From contig OZ244170.1 of the NCBI GenBank assembly GCA_965216565.1, forward strand, positions 608,001 to 672,000: DNA of 64,000 nucleotides, in the 5' to 3' direction. The position numbers and the translations under genes were made by a program. Each line of letters opens with the position of its first letter. Positions within the stretch are counted from its first letter, which is position 1. Of the stretch, positions 27,590 to 37,189 are shown in pieces. The notes below the pieces were generated by a model. That model saw nothing but the letters and a program-made list of their open reading frames with translations. It did not search any database and had not been told where the DNA came from. This DNA comes from Bythopirellula sp. Lineage in GTDB: Bacteria; Planctomycetota; Planctomycetia; Pirellulales; Lacipirellulaceae.

Positions 27590-29977
27590 ATGAAATACCA
27601 AAGCGTTTGGTCGTTCCACCTTAGGGAGCGGCATTCTATTGTTCTCATCGCTTTGCTGAGCCTTATTTCTTGTTCTGTTCTGAGCGAAAGTGCGCTTGCC
27701 CGGTTCCTAGAGAATATCGAAAACGATATTCGCCCTGTGGTCTTCGTCACATTTCCTGAAAAGACAGATTCCCCGGTCGCCCTTGGTGTGTTTGACACAG
27801 GAAACAACAATATCACGATCGCCCCTTCGGCGAACGACTTGATTGGAATTGCGGTCGACAGAGCGGGCGACGAGTGGGTCAATGATAGTGTGGTTGGTGT
27901 GGCCACCGATATTCGAGCTGGGGGTTTTCTCGGAGCAGCACTGGACGGGCCGGAGAAAAAGAACGCTGCAGGCGAGAAAGCACATATTCTTACTTCTGCA
28001 TCTCGGTTGCCCAATGCAGCTCCTGTTACTAGAAACGATTTGAAGCCCTCATTAACTTATTTTGAAGCGGTCAGGTCTAGGTTCTCGATCGTCAACTTGG
28101 GTACTGCTTATGTTAGTGGAGGTGGGGGCGACACAAGTCCACTGGTGGCCATGGTCGATCCGATCAACGCACAGGTAATGCCTTTCCCGTTTACGAGTGC
28201 TGATCCAGCCACGGCGAACCCTGCAGACCCTAATCAGCATTTGATAGCTCCGCGATTACCGCTGGATCATTACGCCTCCAGTGTTTCATTCTTCGATCCC
28301 GATGACGCCCAGGTGCCTACCATCAAGCACAATTTTAACCCCAAGTACATGACTTGGGTGCAAATGGTAAATCCAGCCACGGGTGGTGCCGCTGATTTTA
28401 CTCGGGCGGAACCGGACGTCACTTTGGGTCCCGGGCCGCGCGCACCGACTGAGTTCCGGGTTGTGTTGCCAGAAGATAACGTTTTCAGGCTCGATGCGGG
28501 TACGTACTTGCCCGATACGGCAGCCGTGAACAATGCAGGCATCCTGATTGGTACCGATGCTCTCAATGAGTTTACTCAGTATTGGGACTTCAGTTCGAAT
28601 CCCAACAACGATCCGGACGGCGCCGGCGATGCGACGACTGCTCCAACTATCCTGCTATTTGGGCCAAGGAAGAGAGAAGAACTTATCCTAGCTGGGCCGG
28701 GCGTACTGATCGGTGTCGATCGGCACGCGAAAGGACTGGCACGCACAGGAGTGAATCAGCTAGCGGTACACGGACTGCCGCCTGAAATGCGAGAGAACGA
28801 AGCTGCACTCGTAGAAGTCTCAGAATCGCCCGAGCAGGCGGCGGCATTTTTTCGGACGCATCTTTCACACAGCAACGCCGCTTACATCAGTGGTGTAGAC
28901 GCTCTAGGCCTCAGTGGTTTGGGGCTGGATCATATCAATGGATCGTCCATGGGAGGTGATTTTATTCGGTTTCGTGAACGTGCAGATATCTATTTCTCTG
29001 TCGATCATGCTAGTGTTGGCATCACCGGTGCTGGTTTCGGGTTTGGCGGCGGTGTCGATGGACAAGCAGCACTAGGCCAGCACGCCGGCGACGTATTTCG
29101 CAGCGCTGCAGGAGCCCCCCTCTTCTTTCCCGGCAGAAACATCTTGATGATCAATCAGGATGTTATGGGTCTAGGTTCAAACGTGGGGCCCTTACACGAC
29201 GCCGAGGGACGAGGCCATGCCGACAATCTAAGCCTACTCGATCTCAAGACACGTGATTCTTACAAAGTAGATTTTACTTTCACCTCAGTAGGAATCATGA
29301 GCAACTTAGACCCAGTCATCAAATCGCCGGGCGACGAGCGCGACCCAGCCTCAGATGTAGCACGCGCCACCAAGAGTCCCCGCCGCGACATCTATGGTTC
29401 AACGTTCGATACCTACTTCACCCTCGATGCCGCGAGTATTAGCCTGGCACCAAACTCGGCAGCCGATGTCCTTGTCAATAACGCACCTGGCGACGGTCCC
29501 GGGTTTCATCTGTTTGCCCTCGCCGAGCAATCAGGGCTACTAGTAGCGGACGACATCGATGCCATTTCAATAGAGCGTTTTGTGCTCGCTCCACAAGTCG
29601 ATGTTTTGGCTGGTACGGAGCTTGTCTCTGACCCTAACGATATTATTGACGACCGCTATATTCCCGGCGGAGGGTTATTTACGATTGATTCTTTTGCCGG
29701 GCTACCTTCCGATACCATGATGTTTTCGCTATCGCGTGGCTCGCCGACTCTCGATATTTTTGATCCTTTCCTAGGTCGAAAGTTGTCGGCAGCCGATGTG
29801 TTTGTCACAGACTTTGATGGCACGTTTGCTATGTTCTCTTCAGCAGAAAGTCTCGGCCTCAATCCATTGATGGACAACATCGATGCCCTGGATGGCGCGA
29901 AGCACATTCCCGAACCGAATTCTGTGGCACTACTCGCATTGGCCGGGTTTCTGTGTGGACGATGGAGACGAACCTAG
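27590..29977 (+). CDS. PEP-CTERM protein with possible aspartic-protease-like N-terminal region
   Basis: Signal peptide; GVFDTG, later PDTA...ILIG; IPEPNSVALL...RWRR. Confidence 0.7.
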   Translation: MKYQSVWSFHLRERHSIVLIALLSLISCSVLSESALARFLENIENDIRPVVFVTFPEKTDSPVALGVFDTGNNNITIAPSANDLIGIAVDRAGDEWVNDSVVGVATDIRAGGFLGAALDGPEKKNAAGEKAHILTSASRLPNAAPVTRNDLKPSLTYFEAVRSRFSIVNLGTAYVSGGGGDTSPLVAMVDPINAQVMPFPFTSADPATANPADPNQHLIAPRLPLDHYASSVSFFDPDDAQVPTIKHNFNPKYMTWVQMVNPATGGAADFTRAEPDVTLGPGPRAPTEFRVVLPEDNVFRLDAGTYLPDTAAVNNAGILIGTDALNEFTQYWDFSSNPNNDPDGAGDATTAPTILLFGPRKREELILAGPGVLIGVDRHAKGLARTGVNQLAVHGLPPEMRENEAALVEVSESPEQAAAFFRTHLSHSNAAYISGVDALGLSGLGLDHINGSSMGGDFIRFRERADIYFSVDHASVGITGAGFGFGGGVDGQAALGQHAGDVFRSAAGAPLFFPGRNILMINQDVMGLGSNVGPLHDAEGRGHADNLSLLDLKTRDSYKVDFTFTSVGIMSNLDPVIKSPGDERDPASDVARATKSPRRDIYGSTFDTYFTLDAASISLAPNSAADVLVNNAPGDGPGFHLFALAEQSGLLVADDIDAISIERFVLAPQVDVLAGTELVSDPNDIIDDRYIPGGGLFTIDSFAGLPSDTMMFSLSRGSPTLDIFDPFLGRKLSAADVFVTDFDGTFAMFSSAESLGLNPLMDNIDALDGAKHIPEPNSVALLALAGFLCGRWRRT

Positions 29978-29980
29978 GCA

Positions 29981-30973
29981 ATGACTAGCCATAGTTGTGT
30001 GGTGCGGCGTTCTCGCAAATGGCCGCTGCTGACTGCGACCGCACGTTTCAAGGCGCTTACTGCGAGTATTCTGTTAGCGTCTCTGTGCTGCGTTGCAAGT
30101 GAAGCGGAGGAGATCGAGTGGCAGGAGATGATTGACGTGCGACTTGCGCGCGGCGTGCGGTTATACCAGGGCTCGCGGAGTTTTCCAAAGCTGAACGCTT
30201 ATTACATAGATGTTGATCTCAACCACAAAGTTCTCTCTCTAAAACCGCTTCTTTTTGACGATAAAAGAACGGTGGCAGAGCATTTGGCAGGTACCGACAT
30301 AGTGGCTGCGATTAACGGCGGCTACTTCGGCGGCAATGCCAGTTATTCCACGGTTATTTCCAGTGGCAAGGTACGCGCTATCAATGTTAAATCCGTTACA
30401 CGCAATGGAGCGGCTCTTCCCGTCCTGCGTAGTGCGCTTTGTCTCTATAGAGATCGAAAACCTAGAATTCAGTGGGTGTACCACTTTAACCAAGGTTCCA
30501 ATGGCTTGTTCACGTTCGATAGTCCACTCACCTACCGAAGGAACAGCAAGTCGCCACAGCCGACGCCTTTAATGGAGAAGGGCGAGCGTACCACCAAGCT
30601 TTGGGGAGCGATTGGTGGGGGGCCGAGATTGGTGCGGAGTGATAAAATCGAAATCTCCTACGACGAAGAAGTGTTTTGGGATTCTGGTGTGACTTTCGAT
30701 AAGCCTGATCCCCGTACCGCGGTAGGTATCACAGCAGACAACCACGCCATTCTGTTAGTCGTAGATGGTCGGCAGCCACACTTAAGCAGCGGACTTTCTC
30801 TGCCCGAATTAGCTTCCACGATGCGAATTCTAGGCTGTCGAGATGCCATGAACCTGGACGGTGGCGGCTCTTCACAATTGGCAACGCCGGATGGGTTCGT
30901 CAATTCCCCCAGCGAGCTTCGAGCGGTCCCAGCAATTCTCGCGGTAACCAGCCAAGAATCTCACAATCACTGA
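29981..30973 (+). CDS. Phosphodiester glycosidase (NAGPA family)
   Basis: INGGYF, GGGPRLV, PRTAVG, VVDGRQ, AMNLDGGGSS; signal peptide. Confidence 0.92.
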   Translation: MTSHSCVVRRSRKWPLLTATARFKALTASILLASLCCVASEAEEIEWQEMIDVRLARGVRLYQGSRSFPKLNAYYIDVDLNHKVLSLKPLLFDDKRTVAEHLAGTDIVAAINGGYFGGNASYSTVISSGKVRAINVKSVTRNGAALPVLRSALCLYRDRKPRIQWVYHFNQGSNGLFTFDSPLTYRRNSKSPQPTPLMEKGERTTKLWGAIGGGPRLVRSDKIEISYDEEVFWDSGVTFDKPDPRTAVGITADNHAILLVVDGRQPHLSSGLSLPELASTMRILGCRDAMNLDGGGSSQLATPDGFVNSPSELRAVPAILAVTSQESHNH

Positions 30974-31021
30974 TAGAGTGGCTGCAACAAGGATAGTGCA
31001 CGCAAGTTGCCAATGGCTATA

Positions 31022-32209
31022 TCAATGGTATTCTGCGTGCCGTCTTCTGGTACTGCCGATCATACCCCATGCGAGAAGATTCGTTGCTATCAGAATAGAT
31101 CCAGGTTCAGGGATGACGGCCGCGATTGGACCACTTGGCAAAGTCCCTAGTCCAAACTGCAACTGCCACTGCAGGAAATCGAGCCCATCACTGACTCCAT
31201 CATCGTTGGCGTCAGCCAATGGATCGAGGTTGTAAGACGATTCCCACTCTGCCAAATCCGACCCGTCGACTTTGCCATCAAAATCGAAGTCGGCCGAAAA
31301 AGTAACCACATCGAATGCGTGCTCAGCCAGGAACGAATGAGCCGCTGTCGTTGGATGGATTTCGTCCCAGAATAGGTACTTATCTGGCTCGTCAACAATC
31401 AGATTGGAATCGTAATCGTTGGTGTCAAATTCTAGCCCTGGTGCAGCAGAGTCTGTCGCATTAATCAGGCCAAAAGCTGCCGGGTTGTTCACTGCATTGT
31501 TTATCAGACCGGCTACGTCGAGTCGAAATAGATCAACGTGTGGGGAATTCGTTTCTATCGTGTCGAGAGCTAACGAAAGTGCACCGTTGAAACTTGACGT
31601 GACGGCGTTAATCGCGGCCGACTGATTTGGATCGCTATTAAACCTTGGCGTGAGGCCCAGCAGGGGGAGGTTGGCTACTAAGACGTTCTCAGCGCCGGCA
31701 TTGATTAAGCGGTTAATGTCGTTGACCAGACTCCCAACGGGAGCGTTAACGTTTGTTTCTCCATCCAGCAGGTCGTTGTTACCTGCAAAAATCAGGAAGA
31801 GAGAATCAGAGGCAATGGTGGGACTGGAATCCAAATAGTCGTCGACTTGATCGTCGACATCATCAATGACAATCGATTGAAGAATCCCGGTTCCTGTGGT
31901 CTTCGCATTTGCATAGGCATAGTTGGTCCCGCCAGAGAGACTGTGAGTCAGCGGATCCAAACCCAACAGGCTTGCGAACTGCTCGGAATAAACGGGGCCA
32001 TTTGAAAAACGCCCTTGAAAATAGGCGTCCGTTTGATCAGCAGGGAGTTGTGGAGTAAAGAGAAAGTCGTCAGTGGCTTGGCTTAAATTGCCTACGTCCG
32101 ACAAGCTGTCGCCGAAGACAATCAACTCGCTATATGGCAAGCCGAGAGCGTCGACACACAACAGAATCGTGGCAGTTAGAGCGACCAAAGAGATGCGAAG
32201 TATATACAC
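31022..32209 (-). CDS. SGNH/GDSL esterase with dockerin-like repeat and PEP-CTERM
   Basis: FGDSLSD, GRFSNG, NYA, GNND, FWDEIHPT; IPEP. Confidence 0.92.
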   Translation of the reverse strand: MYILRISLVALTATILLCVDALGLPYSELIVFGDSLSDVGNLSQATDDFLFTPQLPADQTDAYFQGRFSNGPVYSEQFASLLGLDPLTHSLSGGTNYAYANAKTTGTGILQSIVIDDVDDQVDDYLDSSPTIASDSLFLIFAGNNDLLDGETNVNAPVGSLVNDINRLINAGAENVLVANLPLLGLTPRFNSDPNQSAAINAVTSSFNGALSLALDTIETNSPHVDLFRLDVAGLINNAVNNPAAFGLINATDSAAPGLEFDTNDYDSNLIVDEPDKYLFWDEIHPTTAAHSFLAEHAFDVVTFSADFDFDGKVDGSDLAEWESSYNLDPLADANDDGVSDGLDFLQWQLQFGLGTLPSGPIAAVIPEPGSILIATNLLAWGMIGSTRRRHAEYH

Positions 32210-32220
32210 GTTGCCTCACG

Positions 32221-32259
32221 AAAAAAGCTGGGAGAGCGGAATGCTGACTCTCCCAGCTT
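32221..32259 (-). terminator. Rho-independent terminator downstream of the sigma-70 gene
   Basis: AAGCTGGGAGAG/CTCTCCCAGCTT stem with a T-run on the minus strand. Confidence 0.75.
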
Positions 32260-32306
32260 AAAGCATCGTTTCGCAAATCGGAAGCGAAATTGGGTGGGGC
32301 ACTCCG

Positions 32307-33920
32307 CTATCCGCGGTTTCCACTCGGTGCTTCGCAGTTTTGATCGGTAAAAGTTGGCTCGCAGCCGTCTAAGAACCCTGTCAAGTTCCTGGCTCGATAG
32401 GGTGATTGCAGTTTGCGGACTGCCTTCGATTCTATCTGCCGAACTCGTTCGCGAGTTACAGAGAATATCTTACCGACTTCTTCGAGTGTGTAGGTATAGC
32501 CATCGGCCAAGCCGTAACGGAGTCGAAGGATTTCCCGCTCGCGATGAGAAAGCTCTGTCATCACATCTTCGAGACGCTTCTTAAGTGCCTCAAGGTTGGT
32601 ATCATACAGCGGGTCTTCTTCACAATTCTCCTCGAGGAACTCGCCGAAGTAGTTATCTTCGTGGTCACCCACTGGTTGGTCTAACGACAAGGGTTGGCGG
32701 GTCATCTTATGCACGCAACGTGCATCTTCCACAGACATGCCAGCGATTTCTGCGATTTCTTCCGGGTTTGGCTCACGACCAAATTCTTGGATGAAGTCAG
32801 CAGTAACGCTCCGAATCTTGCTCATCGTATCGATCATGTGCACGGGCAGACGAATTGTTCGGCTCTGGTCCGCAATGGCACGTGTGATGGCTTGACGGAT
32901 CCACCAGGTCGCATAGGTTGAGAACTTATAGCCTCTCTCGTGTTCGAACTTATCCACGGCCCGCATCAAGCCGGTATTGCCTTCTTGGATAAGATCCAAG
33001 AAGCTCATGCCACGATTGCGGTAGCGTTTGGCAATGGATACAACCAGTCGAAGGTTGGCAGCCGATAGGTTCCGCTTCGCTGCATCGTATGCGGCTTTGC
33101 GATCGTTAGTGTTTTTAACTAGTCGCGAGATTGTATGGGGAGTCTCGAGCGTGATACGCATCAAGTATCGCAGCTCTTCGGTTAGCTCGATTTGTTGAGC
33201 TGCGTGTAACAACTGTTCCGGATGGTTGAGTTGCTGCTTGACGGCTTTCATCCGCGCGGCGATCTCTTGCATTTCGTCCATCAGCGGTAGAAGCCGTTGC
33301 AAACGAAGATTCAGCTCCTCGACCAAACGGACCACCTTGTTCCTACGAACTACAAGTCGTCGCCAAGCCGCTTTCTTTTCGGCTTCGGTTGCTTTTCGAT
33401 CGACAGCATTGCGGAAATCGTTTTGATTCTGGGATAGCAATTCCCGAATGGTGATGAGATTAGGCTGGATCTTCTTGAGAATTCGTTTCTTTTCAGCCGT
33501 GTTGGTGACTGAAATTTCTATAGTACGGTCCAACCGCAGATTGCCGTCAGCAACTTTTTGCAGTAATTCAGCAGCTCCATGAAGGATAAAGTCGTTTGCC
33601 AACATCGTCCGACGGAATCGAGTGCGTGTGAATTCGATACGCTTGGCGGAGGAGACTTCCATCTCGCGGCTCAGCATGGGAATTTCACCCATTTGCATTA
33701 GGTACATGCGAACGGGGTCGTCGATTGCAGCTGTGCCTTTGTCTTCTTTCTCTTCAGCTTCCTCTTCAGAGTTCGAATTGGAAACACGAGGATCGTTTTT
33801 CTGCTTCCCGTTTTTCTTGCCGTTAGGGGCTGGAGCATTGCCGTTTCGCTTGATTTGGCTAGCCTTTCCGTTGCTGAGCTTGCCATTGGCTGTAGAAGTC
33901 TTGGAATGTTTTCTTGGCAC
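32307..33920 (-). CDS. RNA polymerase sigma-70 factor, RpoD/SigA family
   Basis: [63 protein letters not shown]. Confidence 0.95.
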   Translation of the reverse strand: MPRKHSKTSTANGKLSNGKASQIKRNGNAPAPNGKKNGKQKNDPRVSNSNSEEEAEEKEDKGTAAIDDPVRMYLMQMGEIPMLSREMEVSSAKRIEFTRTRFRRTMLANDFILHGAAELLQKVADGNLRLDRTIEISVTNTAEKKRILKKIQPNLITIRELLSQNQNDFRNAVDRKATEAEKKAAWRRLVVRRNKVVRLVEELNLRLQRLLPLMDEMQEIAARMKAVKQQLNHPEQLLHAAQQIELTEELRYLMRITLETPHTISRLVKNTNDRKAAYDAAKRNLSAANLRLVVSIAKRYRNRGMSFLDLIQEGNTGLMRAVDKFEHERGYKFSTYATWWIRQAITRAIADQSRTIRLPVHMIDTMSKIRSVTADFIQEFGREPNPEEIAEIAGMSVEDARCVHKMTRQPLSLDQPVGDHEDNYFGEFLEENCEEDPLYDTNLEALKKRLEDVMTELSHREREILRLRYGLADGYTYTLEEVGKIFSVTRERVRQIESKAVRKLQSPYRARNLTGFLDGCEPTFTDQNCEAPSGNRG

Positions 33921-34224
33921 GGCTTGGTCCTCATGATCCCAGTTAGAATGTCCGATTCGTAATGGGGTCTATTGCAGGGCTTATGCCGAGAGCCTTGCAA
34001 AGTGGGGTTTTTAAGCGGTAAGTTGATTGTTCGCATGGAGTTACACTCTCTTGGTCTTCCAGTTCTAAGAGTAGCAAGACGAGACGATGATGAGCTATCG
34101 CCACATTGGTGGTGTTCGCGCGTCGTTTTCCTGCAACCAGAAATTCGAAGAATAGAGCCCTCAATCCTCAGCATCTGCAACCCATGAACGAAGCCACAAC
34201 CCCTACAATCGGTAGAAAGATTCC

Positions 34225-35157
34225 ATGAAGCTGTTCCGCATCAATCGCGAATCGATGTGTTCAACAGACTTGGCTGTAGAGCAACTGGCGACTGGCGCTT
34301 GTGAGATCTTGCAGCTGGATTGGTGCCAGGATTCGAATTGTAAAGATGTATCTGGATTTCTCTCTCAATGGCAGAGGATCCATAAGTTCTTCTATCTGGA
34401 TCAGCGGCTGAAACTTATCACGAACGCCGGTGCTGGTGGTGTGGTGCGCTGTGCTGAAGCCATGGGAGAGTATCTTCGTGAGCATGGCGATTCTCAGGTT
34501 CCATTAACGGCTATCCGTGGAGACAACCTTCTGCCCCGCCTTCCAGAACTGTTTGAAAATGATGCTGAGTTCATTGATGAGCTATCCGGTGAGCAGATAC
34601 CAATCACTTCTGCTGCTCTCGTATCTGCTCATGTTGAACTTGGAGCAGGTCCAATTGCCACAGCTTTCGCTGAAGAAAGTCGAATAGTAATACTAGGCTC
34701 ATACGATCCCGCGGCACCGTTCGTGGCGGCAGGTGTTTCTGCTTTCAAATTCAATTGGGACGACTATGAGTCTCTGGGTACTCTGGCCATCGCATCTGTC
34801 CTTTCGGAGCGGTTTGCGGTGACCGCAGAACTATCTGACACTGGGCGAGTGCATCTGAAGTCTAGCGACTCCAGTAAGCATATCGAGCAGTTCATCGAAG
34901 AATGGCTCCACGAAAATCTACAGAATGAAATGCGGTGGGCTGATGTGAGTTGTAGTATCGATCAGCTAAGAATTGAACAACCCAGACAAGAGGGTTTCCT
35001 CCTACAAGGCCTCACTGCTTCGCCCCCAAACAATTCTTGGCTAGTGAAGTTAGTTTTTCGCGATTCAGATGAGAAACAGCGGGTAGGTTGGTCTCGAGTG
35101 CCCCGCGATATGATTAATGTTTCGGTAGATACCCGCCCTGCATCGGAGTGGCTCTAG
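34225..35157 (+). CDS. AtuA-like (acyclic terpene utilisation, DUF1446) protein, short and divergent
   Basis: KLITNAG, I.GDNL..L, SAHVELGA.PIA.A, IV..G...D, F.WDDY..L. Confidence 0.6.
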   Translation: MKLFRINRESMCSTDLAVEQLATGACEILQLDWCQDSNCKDVSGFLSQWQRIHKFFYLDQRLKLITNAGAGGVVRCAEAMGEYLREHGDSQVPLTAIRGDNLLPRLPELFENDAEFIDELSGEQIPITSAALVSAHVELGAGPIATAFAEESRIVILGSYDPAAPFVAAGVSAFKFNWDDYESLGTLAIASVLSERFAVTAELSDTGRVHLKSSDSSKHIEQFIEEWLHENLQNEMRWADVSCSIDQLRIEQPRQEGFLLQGLTASPPNNSWLVKLVFRDSDEKQRVGWSRVPRDMINVSVDTRPASEWL

Positions 35158-35197
35158 AATTCCCTTTCCTGCTTAACAGGACGTGACTGGTTAACCC

Positions 35198-35998
35198 ATG
35201 TATCGAGAAAACGAACAAATAGAAGTCCACTTAACCGGCTGTGTTGGGACGATTAAGCTCAACCGTCCCGATCGAGAAAACGCAATCACGCAATTCATGA
35301 TCGGCCAACTAATTGAAGCATTGGACGATCTCTATCGAGAGCGGAAGGTCCGAGCAATCGTGTTAACTGGAGCGGGAGAAGTGTTTTCTGCAGGTATGGA
35401 AGTCGAAGAGATGGTTGGTGAAGCTCCTGTCGTTGATTCGCCACCGATGCCCACCGAGTGGGGAGATGAAGCAGCAAATTACCGCGATCTCGTACTACGT
35501 ATGTTAGAAATCACAAAGCCGATTATCGCGGCAATTAATGGGCCGGCCCTTGCGGGAGGGGCAGGTTTGGTGGTGGCTAGCGACATTGTTGTCGCGTCAT
35601 CCGAAGCCACTTTTGGACTTACAGATCCACGACGAGGTTTAGTTGCAGGTGTCGTGGCTCCACTTTTATGTTTCCGGATCGGGGCTTCTCAAGCGACAAA
35701 ACTATTGCTGACGTCAGAGACCATCGATGCAACCCAAGCCAGGCAATGCGGCATCTTTCATGAACTCGTGTCCCCCGATCTTGTCTGGGCTCGTGCAGCG
35801 GAAATCGCCAACGAGTGTGCCATGGGTTCGCCGGAAGCAATTCAACTCACAAAACGAGTGATTTTAGAGACTGCCGGAGAGCACTTAGCAACACAACTCT
35901 CAGCCGGCGCCGCGATGAGTGCCACGATTCGCACAACTGAGAACGCTCGCGAAGGCATGGCTGCCTACCTCGCCGGCAGGCCGCCCAAGTGGAAATAG
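35198..35998 (+). CDS. Enoyl-CoA hydratase/isomerase family protein
   Basis: LNRPD..NA, FSAG, KPIIAAING.A..GG, EGM.A.L..R.P.W. Confidence 0.92.
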   Translation: MYRENEQIEVHLTGCVGTIKLNRPDRENAITQFMIGQLIEALDDLYRERKVRAIVLTGAGEVFSAGMEVEEMVGEAPVVDSPPMPTEWGDEAANYRDLVLRMLEITKPIIAAINGPALAGGAGLVVASDIVVASSEATFGLTDPRRGLVAGVVAPLLCFRIGASQATKLLLTSETIDATQARQCGIFHELVSPDLVWARAAEIANECAMGSPEAIQLTKRVILETAGEHLATQLSAGAAMSATIRTTENAREGMAAYLAGRPPKWK

Positions 35999-36039
35999 GT
36001 CGTCCGTACGCTTATATCTCAGCGAACACATCGATCTAA

Positions 36040-36441
36040 CTAGTTTATACCTTCGCTTAAATCGGGAGTGGTCGACGATCCACCAAACGCAAGTCGGAAT
36101 ATAGTCTGGTTTCGTAGACCGAGGGATACCCAGACGACGATACCTATGACGACTGGTACCAGAAACGAATCGCCCAGCCGAACGTGGGTCGCCACCGCCC
36201 CACCAAGATAGCCGGTTAGCAAGATAGCGCCCAGAAAAGCAGTGCGAGGAATCAGGAAAAGTATCGCGCAAACTACTTCGACCACTCCAATGCGAAATAG
36301 CACATCGTTTGACATGCCGAGATGTTCAAGCATCTCGGCTTTGCCTTCCCAGTCTGTAAACTTTCCCGAGGCGCTGCCGAAGATAAAAAACGCAGCCAAT
36401 ATCGCGCTCAGTACCCAGCCAGCAATCTTAGATTTTGACAT
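36040..36441 (-). CDS. DoxX-family membrane protein
   Basis: IG..E....L...PRT..LGA.LL..YLGGAVATH. Confidence 0.88.
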   Translation of the reverse strand: MSKSKIAGWVLSAILAAFFIFGSASGKFTDWEGKAEMLEHLGMSNDVLFRIGVVEVVCAILFLIPRTAFLGAILLTGYLGGAVATHVRLGDSFLVPVVIGIVVWVSLGLRNQTIFRLAFGGSSTTPDLSEGIN

Positions 36442-36497
36442 GCTGTTGTTCCGTGAAGAAAAAATGTGGCGAGTAAAAAACTGTGGCCAGTTAGCGA

Positions 36498-36701
36498 CTA
36501 ATCCTTGAGCACAAACGTCACTTTCATCATGACTCGATAGGCCACGATTTTTTCGTCTTCAACGTCCACTTTCATGTCTTGGACCCAGGCTCCACTGACA
36601 TTGTCGAGAGTCTTGGAGGCACGCTTGATGCCTTTTTCGATGGCGTCTTCAAAGCTCTTTTTGGACGAAGAAGAAATCTCGGTAATTTTGGCAACGGACA
36701 T
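36498..36701 (-). CDS. Dodecin-family protein
   Basis: SVAKITEI...S.KSFEDAI..GI.RA.KTL..V..AWV...YRV..KVTF. Confidence 0.92.
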   Translation of the reverse strand: MSVAKITEISSSSKKSFEDAIEKGIKRASKTLDNVSGAWVQDMKVDVEDEKIVAYRVMMKVTFVLKD

Positions 36702-37189
36702 GTTGTTCCTTTCCAGCTTTTTTGAAATGTTCTTGAAGCAATGTTGTCGACCTCTCCGTTAAGAGTTGGTCTCCCCATAACCTAGCGGTTTTTTAGCAAG
36801 CCGCTCAAGCCCCGGAATCTGCACATTCTATGCACAGAGCAGGCGAGTGGGACTCAAAAGGGGAGTGAGGGTTGCAGTCCAACTGTCAGCGGGCACTCAT
36901 CAGTCCAGAATATGCAGTGATTATCAAGCTGTAATTGCAACTGGTACCTTTTGCTTCCAGACGTCTAATTGTTTAGGCAGTCTATTAAACGGGTAGGAAT
37001 CGGCGAGAAGCAATATCCTACACGCAACAAAATCGGCATATTGTCATTTTCCCCTAGAATTGAATCAGCCTTACTCATTTGCCTCCACAGTTGCTGCATT
37101 TAGCTCAGGTTAGAGTGTCATTCGGGCCATATAGTTTAGGGGCATAATTGGAGTCTATTAGTCTAGGAAAACATATCTTCAGCTGCGTC

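Noticed and set aside
36702..37189. Long intergenic region as ncRNA or riboswitch (also 33921-34224, 59764-60040)
   Set aside because: No recognisable conserved RNA motif or tRNA fold by eye; an Rfam/Infernal scan would be needed
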